This document shows positions 11,977 through 25,555 of a DNA stretch of 64,000 nucleotides, in pieces. The stretch lies in contig JAGIQG010000009.1 in the NCBI GenBank assembly GCA_024679065.1, forward strand, positions 90,272,001 to 90,336,000, written 5' to 3'. The translations under genes were made by a program, and so were the position numbers. The notes under the pieces were generated by a model. That model worked only from the letters and a program-made list of their open reading frames with translations, was not told the DNA's origin and made no database searches. This DNA is from Sphyrna mokarran (taxonomy: Eukaryota). Numbering within the stretch: the first letter of the stretch is position 1; each line of letters starts with the position of its first letter.

Positions 11977-14741
11977 CTAAGCCATTCCCTTCTCTTCCAT
12001 ATTCTTATCAACTAACCTCTTAAACGCCACCAAACTTGGCGCATCTACAACTGCTGCAGGCAGGGCATTCCACTCCTGAACCACCCTTTGGGTAAAGAAC
12101 CTACCTCTGATATCCGTCCTATAACTATCACCCCTTAATTTAAAGCTGTGTCCCCTCGTGCTAGCTTTCTCCATCCTAGGAAAAAGGCTATCACTGTCCA
12201 CCCTATCTAAACCTCTAATCATCTTATATGTTTCAATAAGGTCTCCTCTTAGCCGCCTCCTTTCTAACGAAAACAACCTCAAATCCCTCAGCCTCTCTTC
12301 ATAAGACCTGCCCTCCATACCAGGCAACATCCTGGTAAACCTCCTCTGTACCCTCTCCAATGCCTCCACATCTTTCTTATAATGCGGGGACCAGAACTGC
12401 ACACAATACTCCAAGTGCGGCCGCACTAGAGTTTTGTACAGTTGCAACATGACGTTGCGGCTCCGAAATTCAATCCCCCTACCAATAAAAGCTAAGACTC
12501 CATATGCCTTCTTAACAACCTTCTCGACTTGACTGCCTACTTTCAGGGATCTATGCACATACACACCAAGATCCCTCTGTTCATCAAGACTACTAAGAAT
12601 CCTACCATTAGCCCTATACTCTACACATTTATTATTCCTGCCATAGTGCATTACCTCACACTTTTCCACATTAAACTCCATTTGCCACCTCTCGGCCCAG
12701 CTCTGCAACTTGTCCAAGTCTCTCTGCAAACTATAACACCCCTCTTCACTATCTACCACTCCACCGACTTTAGTGTCATCTGCAAATTTACTGATCCATC
12801 CTTCAATAACCTCATCCAGATCATTTATAAAAATTACAAACAGCAGGGGCCCCAAAACAGACCCCTGAGGTACACCACATGTCACCGAACTCCACGATGA
12901 ATATCTCCCATCAACCACCACCCTCTGTCTTCTATCTGCTAGCCAATTCCTAACCCAATTAGCTAAATCACCCTCTATCCCATACATCTGCATTTTCTGC
13001 AGAAGTCTTCCATGGGCCACCTTATCAAACGCCTTACTAAAGTCCATATATACCACATCAACCGCCTTACCCCCATCCACCTCTTTGGTCACTTTTTCAA
13101 AAAACTCAATGAGGTTAGTAAGGCACGACCTACCCTTCACAAAACCATGCTGACTATCCCCAATCAATTCATTTCTCTCTAAATAACTATAAATCCTATC
13201 CCTAATAATTCTCTCCAATACTTTGCCCACAACAGAAGTAAGACTCACTGGCCTATAATTCCCTGGAAGGTCTCTCTTCCCCTTCTTGAACAATGGGACC
13301 ACATTCGCTATCCTCCAGTCCTCCGGAACCACACCCGTAACCAACGACGACCTGAAGATCAGAGCCAGAGGCTCTGCAATCTCCTCTCTTGCCTCCCAGA
13401 GAATCCTAGGGTAAATCCCGTCCGGCCCAGGGGACTTATCCAACTTCAAACCCTCGAGAATATCTAGCACATCCTCCCTATCTACTTCGATACCTTCCAG
13501 TTTGCTACCCTGTACCTCAGTGTTCTCCATAACTACATTTGCATCACCCTGCATGAATACCGAAGAGAAATATTTATTCAGTGCCTCTCCAATCTCTTCA
13601 GGCTCCACGCACAACTTCCCCACTGCTGTCTATGACTGGCCCTAACCTTGCCCTAACCAATCTTCTATTCTTAACATATCTAAAGAAAGCTTTAGGATTC
13701 TCCTTAATCCTATCAGCCAAAGTCTTCTCGTGTCCCCTCTTAGCTCTCCTCAATTCACTCTTTAGCTCCCTCCTGGCTAATCTATAGCTATCCATTGCAC
13801 TAACTGAGCCTTCAAGCCTCATCCTGACATAAGCCTCCTTTTTCCTTTTACCAGCAAATCAACTTTTTCGTACACCAAGGTTCTCTTACTCGACCATTTC
13901 CTCCTTGCCTGACAGGGACATACTTATCAAGGACTCGCAGCAGCTGCTCCTTGAATAAGCTCCACATTCCAGATGTTCCCAGTCCCTGTAGTTTCCTAGT
14001 CCAATCTATCACCCTAATTCCCTCCTTATGGCCTCATAATTACCCTTCCCCCAGCTATAACTACTGCCCCCAGCTTCATGCCTATCCCTATCCATCACTA
14101 AGGTGAACGTAACCGAATTGTGGTCACTATCACCAAAATGTTCACTAACTTCCAAGCCTAACACCTGGTCTGGCTCATTGCCAGCACCAAATCCAATGTA
14201 GCCTCACCTCTAGTTGGCCTATCTACATACTGAGTCAAAAAACCTTCCTGCACACTTTGTACGAAAACTGACCCCTCTAACGAGCTAGAGCTATAGCTAT
14301 TCCAATCAATATTAGTAAAGTTAAAGTCCCCCATAACAATTACCCTATTACTTTCACTCCTGTCCAGGATTGACTTTGCAATCCTTTCCTCTACCTCTCT
14401 AGAACTTTAGGAGGTCTATAAAAGACTCCCAACAGGGTGACCTCTCCTCTCCTGTTTCTAATCTCAGCCCCTACTACCTCAACAGACAAGTCCTCATCAA
14501 ACTTCCTTTCTGTCACTGTGATACAGTCTTTGACTAATAATGCCACTCCTCCCCCCCTTCTACCTCCTTCTCTACTCCGACTAAAGCATTTGAACCCTGG
14601 AACCTGCAACATCCATTCTTGTCCCTGCTCTACCCAAGTCTCTGAAATGGCCACAACATCGAAGTTCCAGGTACTGGTCCAAGCTGCAAGTTCCTCCCCT
14701 TTATTGCGAATACTCCTTGCATTAAAGTATATGCATTTCAA
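11977..14741 (-). pseudogene. CR1 ORF2 (APE endonuclease + RT), frameshifted
   Basis: YFNARS/ISETW/GGGVAL (14391..14741), SDH motif, and the 548-aa RT ORF 11977..13623 with FADD. Confidence 0.92.
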
Positions 14742-14849
14742 ACCATGCCCTACCCCACCCGTATGCTGCTGTGTTTTACAGCTTTCCTCTATGACCCCCT
14801 TACTCTCATCCCTCTTAGCACCCCAACTATTCAGGATCCCACCCCCCCC

Positions 14850-15770
14850 GAATCAGTTTAAAGCCCCTGCATAGCCTTAGCAAATTTTCCCCCCAAGATA
14901 TTAGTTCCCCTCTGGTTCAGGTGTAGACCATCTCTCTTGTAGAGGTCCCACCTATCCCAGAATGAGTCCCAATTGTTCAGGAAACTGAACCCCTCCTGCA
15001 CCATCCCCGCAGCCACGAGTTCAAACATTCCCTCTCTCTATTCTTCTCTAAACTATCCCTTGGCACAGGCAAGAGTCCAGAGATAACCACTCTGCCAGTT
15101 TTGGCCCTAAGCTTCCACCCAAACTCCATAAATTTCTGTTTAATATCCCCTTCCCTCGTCCTTCCTATATCATGTGTCCCTACATGAACTATGACTTGGG
15201 GTTGACTCCCCTCTCCCTTAAGAATCTTAAAACCCGATCTGCGACATCCTGGACCCCAGCCCCTGGGAGGCAACACACCAGCCCTGAGTCCCGTTTATTA
15301 CTATTTACCCTCCTATCTGTCGCTCTAACTATGGAGTCTCCTATAACTAGGCCTAATCTCTTATTCCCCCCACCCACCTGAGCATTCTCAGCAGGCTCAC
15401 CCCCGGAGACCTGCTCCCTTTGGTCAGCTCCAGTTGATTCTTCCTCAACTGTAGCCTCCAAGACAGAAAATTTGTTTTGGAGGGGAACAGCCCCAGGGGA
15501 TTGTCTACCCAATTGCTTCTTACCCCTCCTCCTAATAGTTACCCAAGAATCACTTTTAGGAGTGACTATCTCTTTGTCACTCCTGCCAATATCCTCCTCA
15601 ACCTCTCGAATTACCCTGAGTTCCTCTAATTCCAGCTCCAGCTCCTTAACACGATCCTCAAGGAGCTGCAAATGTGCCCACTTCCTGCAGGTGTAATCAG
15701 CAGGAACACTACTGGTGTCCCTCACCTCGTACATACCGCAGGAGGTGCAACGTACTGCCTGCACTGCCAT
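14850..15770 (-). pseudogene. CR1 ORF1 (Zn finger, coiled coil, SGNH esterase-like domain), frameshifted
   Basis: CTSC...CRK(W), LEDRVKELELELEEL, then IGDSIVR, VHVGTHD and ISGLLP blocks across ORFs 15189..15815 and 14977..15276. Confidence 0.85.
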
Positions 15771-18113
15771 CCCTGATACTTTAATTTCCAGGAGAGAGAA
15801 AAAAAAACTTCCCACACACTTTTATTATTAGTTTAGAGGAGGGGGGAGGGTGGGATACTCTACCTGTGTAGAGTATTGGGTTTCCTCTCTGTACCAATTT
15901 ATAGAGACAGAGAAAACTACAACTACCGGCAGCCTCCTAATGACGACTTCTGGTTTCTAGTTAGTTTAAATAAAAACGGCAAAAACTACCCCCGCTCGCT
16001 ATTTTAAACAAAGAGAAAAGTTAAAAACTACTTAACACTCTGCATGATCTGCATGAGATAAAATTTATTCATGTTTACTTGTTGAATTTCAAAGGAAGGA
16101 TTAAACTGGCAAAGATCACAAATTAATAAAGCAATATTAAGTTTATTTCAACGGAAATCAGTCGCTATAAAGGACAAAAAGTTTTAATTCTGGGAAAGGT
16201 AGCTTCCAAAGAAAGTTAAAACAAAAGGGTTTAAAAGCTGAAAGAAAAAAAACATATCGATGGAAAGATTGATAACTGTGTTAGAAGGAGAGGCCATGAG
16301 TGGGATTTTTCCTTTCCCACCCACTACAGAAATCGTAGCGAGTGGAACACAAACATGCAAAGGTCTGTTGACCTCGAGTGATATTTTCTGGCCTTGGAGT
16401 GAGTGTGGTCAGAAAATCCCGTCCCATGTGATATTCTGAATAAGGTGCTATGTCGAGGACATAGTTTGAAGTAAACAACTTCTAGCCACCTCTCATAAGT
16501 GTTTCTTTCAGAAAGCAAGATTATGTTATGAGCCTTGGATTTCCATTATTGAGTAATGGAGAGAGAAGCCCTGTGAAATACCTCCTCCCCAATAGCAATA
16601 GTGGGTGGTTTACTGGAGCTTTTAACTGATTAAGGACCTGTGGGGACTGTTACCTGAAAAAGAATCCGAGAGTCTAGCTAAGGAAATTTGGCATCTCTGC
16701 CAAGATTCTTACCAAAGTTTATAGATGCATCATAGAAAACATTCATTTCTAGTTGTATCACAGCTTGGTATGGCTCCTGCAATGTTCAAGCTTGCAAGAA
16801 ACTACAAAAAGTAATGAATGGAGGTGTGATGACAAACTGTCTTCTTGAACTGCTGCAGTCCAGTGGTGGAGGGACTGAATGTTTGTGGGCGGGGTATCAA
16901 TCAAATGGGCTATTTTGTCCTGGATATGTTGAGCTTCTTGAGTATTGCTGGAGCTGCACTCACCAGACAAATGGAGAATATCTTATCACACTTCTGACTT
17001 GGGCCTAGCAGAAGGTGGATGAGATTTGGGGAGTCAGGAGAGTTACTCACCTCAAGATTCGCAGCCAATGACCTGCTGCTGAAGCCACAGTATTTATCCA
17101 GCTGGTCCAGTTCAGTTTCTGGTCAATAGCAACTTCAGAATGTTGATAGTAGGGTATTCAGCAATAGTAATGCCATTGGCTGTCTAGGAGCGATGACTGG
17201 ATCCTCTCCCTTGTCGGAGACAACTAACTCCTGGCATGAATGTTACTTGCTACCTATCAGCCCAAGCCTGGATATCTCCCAGGTCTTGCTGTATTTGGAC
17301 ATGAACTGCTTCAGTGCCTGAGTCATCACAAATGGTGCTGAACATTGCACAGTGAACATCTCTGTTGTGTATACTGGAGCATAACTCCTTCAACAGAATG
17401 GTTCACTGGACTGGGGCATGGGGCAAGTTAGCCAAGAATCGCTTTGAACGGTCAATGTTTGCAGTGTGGAACAAGTAGATTGAATAAAGATCTGTATTCC
17501 CTGACATCTGGCTGTGGGGTATCTTGAGGAGCCACCTCAGTACTGAGAGATTTAACAATCCCAGTTCTTACCTTACAATGGAAAAAGGATCATTGATGAA
17601 GCAGCTGAAGATTGTTGGGCCTAGGACACTATCCCGATATGATGACCTATCCTGAGATATGGACCTCCAATCACCACAGCCATCTTTCTGTGTGTCAGAT
17701 ATGACTCAAACCAGCACAGCGTTTTCATCTGATTCCCACTGCCTCCAGTTTTGCTGGGGATCCTTGATGCTACTTCGGTCAAATGCTGTTGAGAGCAGTT
17801 ACCCTCACTTCACCACTGGAGTTAACCTCATTTTTGAACCCATATTTGAACCACGGCTTAACGAGGTCAGGAGCTGAGTGACTCTGGTGAAACCCAAACT
17901 GGGTGTCACTGAGTAGTACTGCTTGATAGTACTGTTGATGACCTCTTCCATCACTTTATTGATGATCGAGAATAGACTGGGTTGGATTTGGCCTGCTTTT
18001 TGTATACAAGATGTAGATATGCCGGCGTTGGTCTGGGGTAGTAAGAACTCAGGTAGATTCAGTAAGAATCTAGCGACACCAATTTTAAATCCAACCGACT
18101 TATTTGATAGTAA

Positions 18114-18153
18114 ATTTGCGAGCTTTCGATCTTTTTGTCTTCGTCAGGCAAAT
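18114..18153 (-). ncRNA. Minimal hammerhead motif (inverted copy)
   Basis: Exact reverse complement of 18456-18495. Confidence 0.7.
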
Positions 18154-18455
18154 GCAGTGTTCTGGTCTGCAATAGCACACATCAGCACAGACAGTCACAG
18201 ATTGCTGATTAGAATGTGAATCTGAGGTCGCCTCAGAAAGTGAGAAAGTGAGGTCGCCTGGGTTAGCGAAAAACCTCACTTACTGTGCTGTCTGGAGAAA
18301 ATACACAATTCTCTAACCAATGCTCAGGATTCCCTTCACACACATTGTTAGCCACTTTAACACTTGAATAGAAGGTTAGATGTAAGGATTTGCATTCTAA
18401 TCAGCAATCTGTGACTGTCTGTGCTGATGTGTGCTATTGCAGACCAGAACACTGC

Positions 18456-18495
18456 ATTTGCCTGACGAAGACAAAAAGATCGAAAGCTCGCAAAT
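18456..18495 (+). ncRNA. Minimal type I hammerhead ribozyme motif (PLE)
   Basis: AUUUGC-CUGACGA-A-weak stem II-GAAA-GC-UC^GCAAAU: 6-bp stem I and palindromic AGCU stem III. Confidence 0.7.
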
Positions 18496-19902
18496 TTACT
18501 ATCAAATAAATCGGTTGGATTTAAAATTGATGTTGCTAGATTCTTACTTTTGTATACAAGACATACCTAGGCAATTTTCCACATTGTTGGGTAGATGCCA
18601 GTGCTGTAACTGTATTGAAAGAACTTAGCTAAGGATGTGGAATATTTTGGAGCACAAGTCTTCAGTACTATTACCAGAATGTTATCAGGGTCCATTGCCT
18701 TTGCTGTATCCAGTGCCTCCAACATTTCTTGATGTCACATGGAGTGAATTGAATTGGCTGAAGACTGGCATCTGAAATGGAAGGAAGTTGAGATGTATCA
18801 TCCACTTGTCATTTCTGGCTGAAGATTATTACAAATGCCTCAGAGCCTTCTTTTACCCAGATGTGCTGGGCTCCTCCATCATTCAAGGTGGGGACATTTG
18901 TGGAACCTCCTCCACTTCCAGTGAATTGTTTAATGTCCACCATCATTCACATGGCAGAACTGGAGAACTTGGGTCTGATCCATTGTTTGAAGGATTGCTT
19001 AGCTCTGAATCTTATGGAAATAGACCTGTGTTGTAGCTTCATCAGGTTGACATGTCATTTTTATGGTGCTGTTCCTGGCATGCCCTCACATTCAGCATTG
19101 AACAAGGGTTGATTCCCTGGTTTGGTGATAATGGTAAAGTTGAGGATATTCTGGGCCATGAGGTTTCAGTTTGTCATTGAGTACAACCCTGCTGCTGTTG
19201 ATGACCCCACAGCACCTCACTAATGCCCAGTCTTGAGTTGCTAGATCTGTTCAAAGTCTATTCTATTTAGCACAATGACAGTGCCACGCAACGTGATGGA
19301 GGGCATCCTCAATGGAACGATAGATTCCTGTCCACAAGGACTGTGCAATGGTCACTCGTCATGGAAAGAAACATCCGTGGCAGACAGGTTGAGGTCAAGT
19401 ATGTTTTCTCCTCTTGTTGGTTCCTTGACCACCTGCTGCAGTCCCAGTCTAGCACCTACATCCTTTGGGATCAAACCAGCTCAGTCTGTGGTGGTACTAC
19501 TGAGCCACTTGGTGATAGATACTGAAGCCCCCATCCAGAGTACAGTTTGCACCTTTGCCACTCTCAGTGCTGTCTCCAAGTGGAGTTAAACATGGAGGAA
19601 CTCTCATTCAAGAGCTGAAAGAAGACATTATGTGATAATCAGCAGAAGGTTTCCTTGCCCCTGTTTGACCTGATGTCATGACATATTAAGGAGTCCAGAT
19701 TGAAGTTCAGGACTCCCCTGGGCAACTCCCTTCTGACTAAATACCATTGTGCCATTACCTCTGCTGGGTCTGTCCTGCTGGTAAAGATAGTGTCTAGGAC
19801 ATTATCTGTGGGGTATGATAACATCAGGCTGTTGCTTGATTAGTCAGAGACAGCTTTCTCAATTTTGGCACTAGCCCCCAGGTGTTAATGAGATCTTTGG
19901 AG

Positions 19903-20925
19903 ATTTGATTTATTATTGTCACATGTATTAGTATACAATGAAAAGTATTGTTTCTTACACAGTATATACAGACAAAGCATACTGTACATAAAGAAGGAAA
20001 GAATGGAGAATGTAGTGTTACAGTTATAGCTAGGATGCAGAGAAGGATCAGCTTAATGCGAGATAGGTGTATTCAAAAGTCTGATGGCAGCAGGGAAGAA
20101 GCTGTTCTTGAATTGATTGGTACATGATCTCAGACTTCTGTTACTTTTTCCCTGACAGAAGAAGGTGGAACAGAGTATGTCCAGGGTGCGTGGGGTGCTT
20201 GATTGTGCTGGCTGGTTTGCCGAAGCAGCAGAAAGTGTAGATAGTATCAATTGATAGGAGGCTGGTTTGAGTAATGAACTGGACTTCATTCACAACCCTT
20301 TGTAGTTTCTTGTGGTCTTGGACAGAGCAGGACCCATAGCACGCTGTGATACAAGCAGAAAGAATGCTTTCTATAGTGCATCTGTAAAAGTTGGTGAGAG
20401 TCATAGCTGACATGCCAAATTTCTTTAGTTTCCTGAGAAGAGAGAGACTTTGGTGGGCTTTCTTAACTATAGTGTAGGCATGGTTAACCAGGACAAGTTG
20501 TTGGTGACCTGGACACCTAAAAACTTGAAGCTCTCAACCTTTTCCACTTTGTCCCCGTTGAAGTAGATAGGGTCATGTTCTCCTTTACACTTTCTGGAGG
20601 TGATGAAATCTCCTTCGTTTTGTTGACATTGAGGGAGAGATTATTGTTGACATTGAGGGAGAGATTATTGTTGCCACACCAGTTCAGCAGATTCTCTATC
20701 TCATTCCTGTACTCTGACTCGTCATTGTTTGAGATTGACTCACAATGGTGGTGTCATCAGCAAACAAACTGGAAGGGAATTTGGCCGCACACCATAGATG
20801 TATAAGGAGTATAGTGAGGGGCTGAGAATACAGCCTTGTGGGGCACTGGTGTTTAAGATGATTGTGGAGGAGGCAGTGTTGCCTATATTTGCTGATTGCG
20901 GTCTGTGGGTTAGGAGGATTGACAA
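19903..20925 (-). mobile_element. Rex1/Babar LINE 3' fragment
   Basis: NFYRCTIESILS, APQGCILSP and FKNSFFP peptides; AAATCAAATC tail. Confidence 0.85.
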
Positions 20926-21363
20926 GGCTGGGTGCCTATGTCTGTGCTAATCCATTTAGTTTCATTTTACATTCAGTTTTCTCAAGTTGTTTGTTACAAC
21001 TGATCGTTAGACTTTTAATTCTAAATTTTTATTGAATTCAAATTTCACCATCTGCCATGGTGTGCTGCCACCTTCCTGCACCTTTTCAAATAATGCAGAG
21101 ATCATAACTTTTGAGGCTCTGCTTTTCAATTTAACCTCTAACAGCTGACACTTTCTATGCAGAACCTCCTTCCTAATCCCACTTCAATAGTCAGTAGCTC
21201 ATATAGACCAAGGCAATGGGATTTCACCACACTAAGTTCCTCTCTAGCCCCAAGCAAATGTTCCAAACCCTTGCAATGAGCAGAAAACACAGCCATCTGG
21301 ATTCTTGTTTTCCTCCATACAGAACTTGCCTATTCCTTTGCTATACTGTCCCCTACTACCACA

Positions 21364-23938
21364 ATGTTGGTAGTAGGGCTAGGGTAAACACAGTAAGAAG
21401 TCTCAGAACACCAAGTTAAAGTGCAACAGGTTTATTTGCTAGCAAAAGCCAATATCTTTTGAAGCGCTCACTGCTCCTTCATCAGGTGAGTGGGATTTCA
21501 GTTCACAAACAGGGCATATAAAGACACAAAACTCAATTTATAAAGTAATGGTTGGAATGCGAATCTTTACAGGTAACCAAGTCTTAAAAGTACAGACAAT
21601 GTGACTAGAGAGAGGGCTAAGCACAGGTTAAAGAGAGTGTATTGCCTCTAGCCAGATCACTTAGTGCGATTTTGCAAACCCAGGCAAGTCATGTGGATTA
21701 CAGACAGTGTGACATGAACCCAAGATCCCGGTGATGGCCATCCTCACCTATACAGAACTTGACTATCAGTCTCTGCTCAGCAACTATGCATTGTCGTGTG
21801 TTGTGAAGACTGCCTTGGAGAACGCTTACCCGAAGATCAGAGGCTGGATGCCCATGACCACTGAAGTGTTCCCCAAGTGGAGGAGAACACTTCTGCCTGG
21901 TGATTGTTGAGCAGTGTTCATTCATCTGTTGTTGTTGCGTCTGCATGATTTCCATAATGTACCATGCCTCAGGACATCCTTTCCTGCAGCATATTAGGTA
22001 GAAAATGTTGGCCAAGTTGGAAGTGTATGTACCATGTACCTGATGGATGGTGTTGTCACGTGAGATGGCATCTGCTTCGATGATCCGGCATATCTTGCAG
22101 AGGTTGCTGCGGCAGGGTTGTGTGGTGTTGTGGTCACTGTTCTCCTGAAGGCTGGGTAGTTTGCTGCAGGCAATGTCTGTTTGAGGTTGTGTGATTGTTT
22201 GAATGCAAGAATACGGGTGTGAGAATAGCCTTGGCGGGGTTAACTGTCTTCATCAATGATGTGTTGAAGGCTCCAGAGAAGATGTTATAGTTTCTCCGCG
22301 CCAGGGAAATGCTGGATGATGAAGGCTATTCTATCCGCCGTGTCCTGTGTTTGTCTTCTGAAGAGGTCAGAGCAGCTTTTCGCTGTGGCACACCAGAACT
22401 GTCAATCAATGAACATATCTTGTTCTTATGAGGGCATCTTTCAACATCTGGAGGTATCTGTTGTGATACTCCTCATCTGAGCAAATCCTGTGTATACGGA
22501 GAGCTTGTCCGTAGGGGATGGCTTCTTTAACGTGTTTAGGGTGGAAGCTGGAGAAGTGGAGTATCGTGAGGTTATCTGTGAACTTGTGGTACAATGAGGT
22601 GCTGAGGTGACCGTCCTTGGTGGGGGTGCGTGTGTCCAAGAATGCAACTGATTCTGAAGAATAGTCCATGGTGAATCTAATGGTGGGATAGAACTTGATG
22701 TCGTCATAAATTGATTCAGTGATTGTTCACTATGAGTTCAAAGGAAGAAAATGTCATTGATGTATCTAGTGTGTAGCATTGGTTGATGATCCTGTGTGGT
22801 GAAGAGGTCTTGTTTGAACGTGTGCATGAAAATATTGGCAAACTGAGATGCGAATTTGGTCTCCGTGGCTGTTCTGTGTCTGGATGAAGAACTGGTTGTT
22901 GAAGGTGAAGACTTTGTGGTCCAGGATGAAGTGGATGAGTTATAGAATTGCATCTAGAAATTATCAGTTGTTGGGGTTGAGTACTGAGGCAGTTGCAGCA
23001 ATGCCATAATTGTGGGGGATATTGGTGTAGAGTTCTGAGACATCAGTTGTGACAAGGAGTGCTCCTGTCATAACAGAGAAGTTGCAACATCTTCTCTGGA
23101 GCTTTCAACAGGTTATTGATGAAGACAAACATCTTGCCAAGGCCATCACTACACGCCCACTTCTTGCCTTCAAACAACCACACAATCTCAAACAGACCAT
23201 TGTCCGCAGCAAACTACCCAGCCTTCAGGAGAACAGTGACCACAACACCACACAACCCTGCTACAGCAACCTCTACAAGATGTGCCGGATCATCAACACG
23301 GATGCCATCATCTCGCATGAGAGCACCATCCACCAGGTACATGATACATACTCTTGCAACTCTGTAAATGTTGTCTACTTGATAGGCTGCAGGAAAGGAT
23401 ATTTTGAGGTATAGTACGTTGGGATGACCAGACGCCAAGACAACGGATGAATGATCACCACTCAAGTCTGTTCTCTTCCAGTTGAGGAACACTTCAGCTG
23501 TCACAGGCGTTTGGCCTCTGATCTTCGGGTAAGCATTCTCCATGGCGGCTTTCACAACACACGACAGTGCAGAGTCACTGAGCAGAGACTGATAGCCAAG
23601 TTCCGCACACCTCAACTGGGATCTTGGGCTCATGTCACACCATCTGTAACCCCCACAACTTGCAAAATCACACTAACTGTCCTCACTGAAGACAATACTC
23701 ATCTGTAATGTGTGCGTAATCTTCTCTCCACTCACATTGTCTCTATCTTTAAGACTTGCTTACCTGTAAAGATTCGCATTCCAATCATTATTTTGTAAAC
23801 TGAGTTTACGTCTTTATATGCCTTGTTTGTGAACTCAAATCCCATTCACCTGATGAAGGAGCAGCGAGCGCTCCAAAAGCTCGCAGCTTTTACCAAATAA
23901 ATCTGTTAGACTTTAACTTGGTGTTGTGAGACTTCTTA
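21364..23938. mobile_element. Neptune-type Penelope-like element with internal inversion
   Basis: Minus strand: RT (LLVTTDVSELYTNIPH, RYINDIF, FLD, IPYGQALR), GIY-YIG endonuclease and pLTR. From ~23073 a plus-strand copy of the Cys linker, VVY..YVG endonuclease and pLTR. CCCTACTACCACA duplicated at 21351-21363 and 23939-23951. Confidence 0.9.
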
Positions 23939-25264
23939 CCCTACTACCACACCATTCCTATTTACCCCAACTCCCTACCAATTGAATGGCTTCATACCAC
24001 AATGCCAAGGCCAGTTCACTCATTCACCTTGTAATCCCACTCTCATCCACCTTGTAATCCCACTCTCATCCATTCATTCTGCAAGAACTTTGTACTTATA
24101 GGATATTTGCAAAGACTGATACTCCTCTACATTCTCGATCCCCTTATCTACTTCACTTATAATTCTCAGTTCTGTCAATGCTTCTGTCATGTTTTCTTGC
24201 TCACTGTCTTTCTCTCCACACTGAAAACTTGGTGGTTATGAGGACCCTCCTATCCCTGACCAAAGCAAAGCAGAGGACCCTATCCTAAGAGGTATAGCTA
24301 CCTCCTGGAACAAAGTTTTCAACTAAATTTCCCCTTCCTGATGCATCAGTGTCCACAATGCAACTCTTGAGCCAAACATTCTGAAACCGCAAACATTCAC
24401 ACATTCATTGCAGATGTGTTTACTCTGGATCACACTGGTGTCCATACCTACCCACGTACAGCAGATGCAACACATCACCTGCCCTGCCATCCTAATTTTG
24501 TTAATTAATGATAAATGCAACTATTAATAACAAGGTGTATAGTAGTAAAGATTGCAAATATTAATAAAACAATACAGCTACGAATAAATTAGATGAATTT
24601 CAGCAGATAAGCGTGAAAAATAATTACCAACCAAGTACTTAACATTTTTCCCTGTGACGTTACACTTTGATTTTCTCAGAAAGAGATCAAAGAAAAGAGT
24701 GAAGGAAAAAGGATAAGTCATTGGTGGAGAAGAAGGGACAATTGCTATTTAGGGCCACATATTCCTCATAACCACCAAGGTTCAGTATAAAGAGAAAGAC
24801 AGTAAGCGAGAAAACATGAGAGAAGCATTGACAGAACTGAGAATTGTAGAATTATGGATAAAGCAGGCAATGAGAGACAGAGAGAGAGAGAGAGACAAAA
24901 GATGATTAGAGAAAGATCACAGAGACAAACGTAAAAAATGAGATTATAGTCAATGGATTAATGCAGGAAACACACGTAAGATTTGTTCATCAAAGCTTCA
25001 ATGATTTTTTTCAAAATTAAAGTCTAAAACAGGCTTTAATTGGTGTGATATTCTCCTTTTCAGAAACAGAAGAAAGCATTAATTAAATCTTGTAGCTCTC
25101 TTTTCTGGGCTATCCTAGATTTCATTAAACATAGTCTGGAGGTTCTAGATGAGTGAAAAACTCAGCAAAGAGAATAATTCAAACTAAATATTTCAAAGCA
25201 TATAGAACATGCAGCACAGAGAAAGCAAATTCCTAAAATTAAATACAAATACCTGGTAATGATC

Positions 25265-25555
25265 AAAGAATCTTACAGTGCAGAAGGAATCCATTTGGCC
25301 CATCGAGCCTGAACAAATAGCAATCCCACCTAAGCCATATCCCCGTAACCTCTGCTAATCCTCTGACACTAAGGTCAATTTGGCATGGTCAATCAAACTA
25401 ACTCGCACATCTTTGGAATGGGGAGGAAACCAGAGCGTCCAGAGAAAACCCACACAGGCACAGGAAGAACCTGCAAACTTCACACAGTCACTTGAGGCTG
25501 GAATTGAACTGGGGTCCCTGGCACTGTGAGGCAGCAGTGCTAACCACTGAGGTGC
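25265..25555 (-). mobile_element. HE1/V-SINE
   Basis: CAGTGGTTAGCACTGCTGCC A-box, GTTCAATTCC B-box, core and tail. Confidence 0.82.

Larger units (their letters stand above)
11887..16054 (-). mobile_element. Near full-length CR1 LINE (subfamily A)
   Basis: 5' UTR, ORF1, ORF2 and (TTCTATG)n tail. Possible GAGATA TSD at 11881-11886 and 16055-16060. Inserted into an LTR-like repeat that starts at ~11664. Confidence 0.93.
18012..18547. mobile_element. Penelope-like element remnant: pLTR plus inverted pLTR copy
   Basis: Inverted 162-bp arms 18061-18222 and 18387-18548 (about 5 mismatches); TTTTGTATACAAGA duplicated at 17998-18011 and 18548-18561. Confidence 0.85.
16830..19880 (-). mobile_element. 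Old degraded CR1/L2-group LINE
   Basis: Fragmentary endonuclease and RT-like peptides on the minus strand; same family as 34850-35540. Confidence 0.6.
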
